The notes beneath the pieces were generated by a model. That model was given only the letters and a program-made list of their open reading frames with translations. It was not told the origin of the DNA and made no database searches. A program made the translations under genes and the position numbers. A DNA stretch of 64,000 nt, taken from positions 32,001 to 96,000 of IMG/VR virus record IMGVR_UViG_3300013101_002049; one strand, given 5' to 3'. This DNA is from a virus. Positions 61,301 to 64,000 of the stretch are shown one piece after another. How positions within the stretch are numbered: the stretch's first letter is position 1; every line of letters begins with the position of its first letter.

Positions 61301-62453
61301 TGGTGTTTGGCATATGAGTCAAGATCCATCTGGTGGGCTTAGTACTATAAAAGATTCTACTTCATCTGTTAATGATGGGACCCCAGCTGGTTCTATGACT
61401 TCTACCGATTTAGTTGATGGTAAAATAAGTAAAGCCTTAGATTTTGATGGTAGTGATGATGTTATTACTCTTGGTACTATAACTACAGCAGCGTGGACGG
61501 CTGAAATTATATCGAAACCTATTAATTACACACAAAGCGGTGATGGTTTTATTGTTTTTGATGGCAATGGTATTGTTCAGGCAAATGGTTATTGGGCTTT
61601 ACTCGAAAATAGTGATTGTCAACGAAAAGGTAATTCCCTTTCTATAAGCGGTGATTTTGTAAACATAGTGGCTTCTTATGATGGAAGTTCTGTTTATAAA
61701 ATGTATGAAAATGGTGTAGAAAATAGTTCATCACATGTTAATAGTGGTTGGGCTTTAGGTGATAAATACTATATAGCAGAGGGGTATAGTAGTCGTAGAC
61801 CAGAAGGTAAAATTGACGAGGTTCGAGTGTCTAATACTGAGCGTTCTACTGCTTGGGTAAAATCTACTTATTATTCTAATTGGAATAATTTAATAACTTT
61901 TTCTGAATCATCGTTTGTTAATTTTGTTTTTAGTAATCCGGTTCCGGCGGATGCGTCCACTCAGTATGGTTATAGACATTTACTTAAAATAACTGTTACT
62001 ACTAGTGGTAATACCGCTGCGTCATATGCGAATGATATTACTTTTTATGATGGGTCGGATAATAAAATAGGTAACACAGTATCTGGTGTGTCAAGTGGGG
62101 CACAATCAACTAGTACTGACTATTATCTTACTCCGACCGCTGGTACTAATAGTTGGTATGTATATTCAACTGCTAGCGGTTATGATGGCACAAGTTCTAC
62201 TTATAGTTTTAATAATTTGTTTTTATGTGCGGGGTATACTGAGGTAGATGGTGTAAGAACTTCAGGTATTCCTGTTAGATTATATAAACGTAGTGATGGG
62301 TCGATGTTAGGTGAGGCTGTGACAAGTGGTGTAAGTGGTACATTTGTAATACCGACAAGTTATACGGGATATCATTATGCAGTGGCTTTACATCCTACAG
62401 ATGATTATCGCAATGCAGAAATTTATGATTGGTTAGCTCCGGTAGTTTCATAA
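58386..62453 (+). CDS. DUF2341 protein with five LamG-like domains (putative receptor-binding/tail fibre protein)
   Basis: Four repeats LLHMDG...S(M/Y)xFDGxGDYL...FTI(D/E)xW...H.A....GY(I/L/V)(D/E)ExRxSKG(I/V)xRW, plus a fifth LamG after the DUF2341 C-terminal half. Confidence 0.85.
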   Translation: MGFDTWQNKLKLTIDSSKIDEDLTNFPILVALSSGTGITNYDATDVFDQLEPNTISGVAVSGTYDDYTKLMLHMDGDFSDSQHTITMNGNPKLYATGIFNGSMYFDGAGDYLNIPDSSDFDLTSVFTIDFWFKTNTSNQCCLLNTGNANNSNEYQIEMNRTAGKLSVYSSGQKCVTASSWNDNNWHHCALVCDGTDMKMYIDGVKDGEELSYAPSWTPTGMYIGSAGGSEYYTGYIDELRISKGISRWTSNFTTPTEPYTTDSGTVLLLHMDGDQSESQHTVTFNGNPQLYATGKFNGSMYFDGTGDYLSLSDDSDWDFGTGDFTIDFWINPGVLPANYFELSGTATGDMFIGGRSGTVGIGRVNVAWDQEYVGGLSTTTWAHIAFVRFSGVLTIYVNGLSIGSDNNTNDYDFNSLYVGRQSGYYYTGYIDELRFSKGIARWTSNFIPPTGPYGSSWDNRKKIAVTTEVASPGIYDPMTKLLLHMDGDQSDSEHTVTFAGNAQSYSAIGKFDGSYKFDGAGDYLNLGSDSDWNFGSEEFTIDFWMYATSNADERDGLICVQNGSGDIEIHIGLGVASWGSAGDKICLSINYSGGWGADLVGSIGVCDSTWHHVAITKSGTSWKTYIDGVEDISTTYSFSPGAGTLLIGAHITTDRWFNGYLDEVRISKGVVRWDSSFTPPTEAYTTDSGTVLLLHMDGDQSRSEHSFMFNGNPQISSAEYKFNSSYYFDGSGDYLSIPSSTDFGFGTDDFTIECWTKFGGSQTNDSVICANWEETGGSWAANEWTLHNNHHVSGGYWSFWVYNINSSAEILVSTSASNDDTWTHVAVVRSGQNFYLFVNGVLEDSTSSNLSLDGGGSHPVYIGGDISTMYLTGYVEEFRISKGIARWTTTFSGLLPTDAYARSTGEVQLPVEIERWDSINEKAWLWTQVPTITSGTDTDLYLYYDKDQSDNTTYIGDTGEVASQNVWDNDFVGVWHMSQDPSGGLSTIKDSTSSVNDGTPAGSMTSTDLVDGKISKALDFDGSDDVITLGTITTAAWTAEIISKPINYTQSGDGFIVFDGNGIVQANGYWALLENSDCQRKGNSLSISGDFVNIVASYDGSSVYKMYENGVENSSSHVNSGWALGDKYYIAEGYSSRRPEGKIDEVRVSNTERSTAWVKSTYYSNWNNLITFSESSFVNFVFSNPVPADASTQYGYRHLLKITVTTSGNTAASYANDITFYDGSDNKIGNTVSGVSSGAQSTSTDYYLTPTAGTNSWYVYSTASGYDGTSSTYSFNNLFLCAGYTEVDGVRTSGIPVRLYKRSDGSMLGEAVTSGVSGTFVIPTSYTGYHYAVALHPTDDYRNAEIYDWLAPVVS
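58575..61090 (+). repeat. Four tandem LamG-encoding repeats (~600 bp)
   Basis: Recurrent DNA catatggatgg..., tttgatgg...gattattt, tctaaaggaat/tcaaaagggat near 58.6, 59.2, 59.8 and 60.5 kb. Confidence 0.85.
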
Positions 62454-62464
62454 GGAGATCTTGA

Positions 62465-64000
62465 ATGGCATATGAAAAACCACCTATAAATAGAGTACCT
62501 TTTAGGTTTAGTTCAACTGGCTATTCAGCTCCAGATTTTAGTAATGAGCCATTTCAGTTCGGACTTAGACCTTCTCAGCAACAAACTGCTGATATGCGAG
62601 CTATGCTTGAGGTGTTTGGTAAATATTGCACCTCGACGTATACTTATGTTAAAGAAAGAAAAACATATGTTGTAGGTTACAGCGCTCACGGAGTACAAAT
62701 TTTAAAAGGTAAAACGATTTATGGTGGTATACGAGATCTTTGTGCATCGTTAGTAAGAACACCCCCATATTCAGATTTACCAGCATATATTTTTGTGGCC
62801 TATAATTTTCTTGATTTAAATGGTTATATAAAAGCTACTATACAAGCCTACGCTGATTTGGTGGCTGAAGTTTATGGCGTACCTCCGTCGGATTTACCAG
62901 CTTTTATACATGGTTTTGATACTAGAAATATCCCTGCTACTATTTATGGATGGGCTATAAAAGACCTACCGGCTTATATTGGTACTCATCCGCCAAGTGA
63001 TTTGGCGGCTATTTTAAATGTAATTGAAATAAGGAATTTGTCAGCGTCAATTACAGGTGAATGGTGGCACGGACAAGCTGATTTAGGGGCAGAATTTTAT
63101 CGTATATGGGATCGTAAATATAAAGATTTACAGGCAATTTTACATGGTTGGCAAGAAGTTAATTTACCAGCTTATATTACTGCGGTTTATTTTAAAGATA
63201 TTAATGCTCGAATTCAGAGTAGTACAATAGTTGATTTGTTAGCTTATTTAAGCGCAGTCGCGCCAGTAGATTTGTCCGCTTTAATACATGGATTCGATAC
63301 AAGAGATTTACCAGCTTATCTTACTGGTCAGTATGGTCCATATGATATACAAGCTTATTTGACCACTATACCTCCAAGAGATTTGAATGCGCGTATTAGA
63401 GGTTTTAAAGGAATAGAAGTTTCGTTTGATTTACAAGGTATAGTCGGTGGTTGGGGTATCGGTGATTTGTCAGCGTATATTAATTCTATTAACTCAGTAG
63501 ATTTGTCGGCGTATTTAAATCCTACAGGAAAGTCATCAGATATCGGTGCTTCAATTATACCTAATACCATTTTAATGAAACGAGCTATTCAGATCCCATT
63601 ATTGGAACATAAAGATTTGAATGCATTAGTTAATTTTATGTGTTTTGGGTCAGGATATAAAGATTTATCAGCTTATGTTTATACACTTTATAAGTTAGAT
63701 TTACCTGCTAATATTATAGGGTGGTATGGTAATACTTCTGATAATATTAAAGATTTAGGCGCTTATATAAATGCGGAAGATTATACCGTTCAAGATAAGT
63801 TTAATTTAAGATATGTTCCAGAGATAGATAAGTATTCAAGATTAAAATTAAAATTTGGTGTACATGATAAGTACACAACTTGGGATACATTTAGAATATT
63901 ATATGAAACTTATTATGCTAAAAATTTACCTGCCTCTATAACAGGTGTGTTAACAAGCAGTGATTTAGGTGCCAGTTTAACAGCGGTTTTTGATTGGAAT
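62465..64000 (+). CDS. Repeat-rich virion protein (3'-truncated; missing from the ORF track)
   Basis: AAGGAG SD then ATG 62465 MAYEKPPINRVPFRFSSTGYSAPDFSNEPFQFG. Frame open to the window end, with ~12-aa repeats DLPAFIHGFDTR/NIPATIYGWAIK/DLPAYIGTHPPS/DLAAILNVIEIR. Confidence 0.85.
   Translation, partial: MAYEKPPINRVPFRFSSTGYSAPDFSNEPFQFGLRPSQQQTADMRAMLEVFGKYCTSTYTYVKERKTYVVGYSAHGVQILKGKTIYGGIRDLCASLVRTPPYSDLPAYIFVAYNFLDLNGYIKATIQAYADLVAEVYGVPPSDLPAFIHGFDTRNIPATIYGWAIKDLPAYIGTHPPSDLAAILNVIEIRNLSASITGEWWHGQADLGAEFYRIWDRKYKDLQAILHGWQEVNLPAYITAVYFKDINARIQSSTIVDLLAYLSAVAPVDLSALIHGFDTRDLPAYLTGQYGPYDIQAYLTTIPPRDLNARIRGFKGIEVSFDLQGIVGGWGIGDLSAYINSINSVDLSAYLNPTGKSSDIGASIIPNTILMKRAIQIPLLEHKDLNALVNFMCFGSGYKDLSAYVYTLYKLDLPANIIGWYGNTSDNIKDLGAYINAEDYTVQDKFNLRYVPEIDKYSRLKLKFGVHDKYTTWDTFRILYETYYAKNLPASITGVLTSSDLGASLTAVFDWN

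Noticed and set aside
57030-61320. DGR template/variable repeat pair (57030-57190 vs 61160-61320, and the LamG repeats)
   Set aside because: Mismatches include many non-adenine and synonymous changes, both copies are inside coding paralogues, and no reverse transcriptase is in the window.
959-63570. The many short minus-strand and alternate-frame ORFs in the track
   Set aside because: Nearly all lie wholly within long + strand genes and have no recognisable motifs; they are shadow ORFs.
1-64000. Genome-wide TAG or TGA reassignment
   Set aside because: Multi-kb ORFs are intact under code 11, and TAG/TGA end several genes right before the next SD/start. Only one internal TAG was seen.

Overview
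AT-rich window from a large tailed phage (jumbo-phage-like), almost entirely + strand coding, covering a tail/baseplate module. The standout is the first ORF (>6395 aa, open at the left edge; I found no Cys in it). It reads as a multi-function fusion. Its N-terminal ~1200 aa carry, in cellular order, the catalytic motifs of a two-barrel RNA polymerase: beta-type GRKLSTRFGTKG, beta'-type clamp/lid, RYP, DFDGD and a trigger-loop-like QKGLDEKH. These are followed by a PD-(D/E)XK nuclease domain, a Gly/Pro linker, a TP901-type tape-measure core and a long helical C-terminus. I infer a tape-measure-fused virion RNA polymerase that also carries a nuclease. Downstream are hub/spike/tube-like genes, a family of paralogous Ig-domain proteins, very large Cys-rich and lectin-like (discoidin, LamG, SPRY, DUF2341, propeller) tail proteins and a 12-aa-repeat protein running off the right edge. 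Three homing-endonuclease-type genes are interspersed: one intact, one split by a single TAG, one shattered. The predicted outer virion proteins are rich in a T-x-S-G motif. No rRNA, tRNA, CRISPR array or integrase was recognised. All family calls come from motif reading by eye, not database searches.
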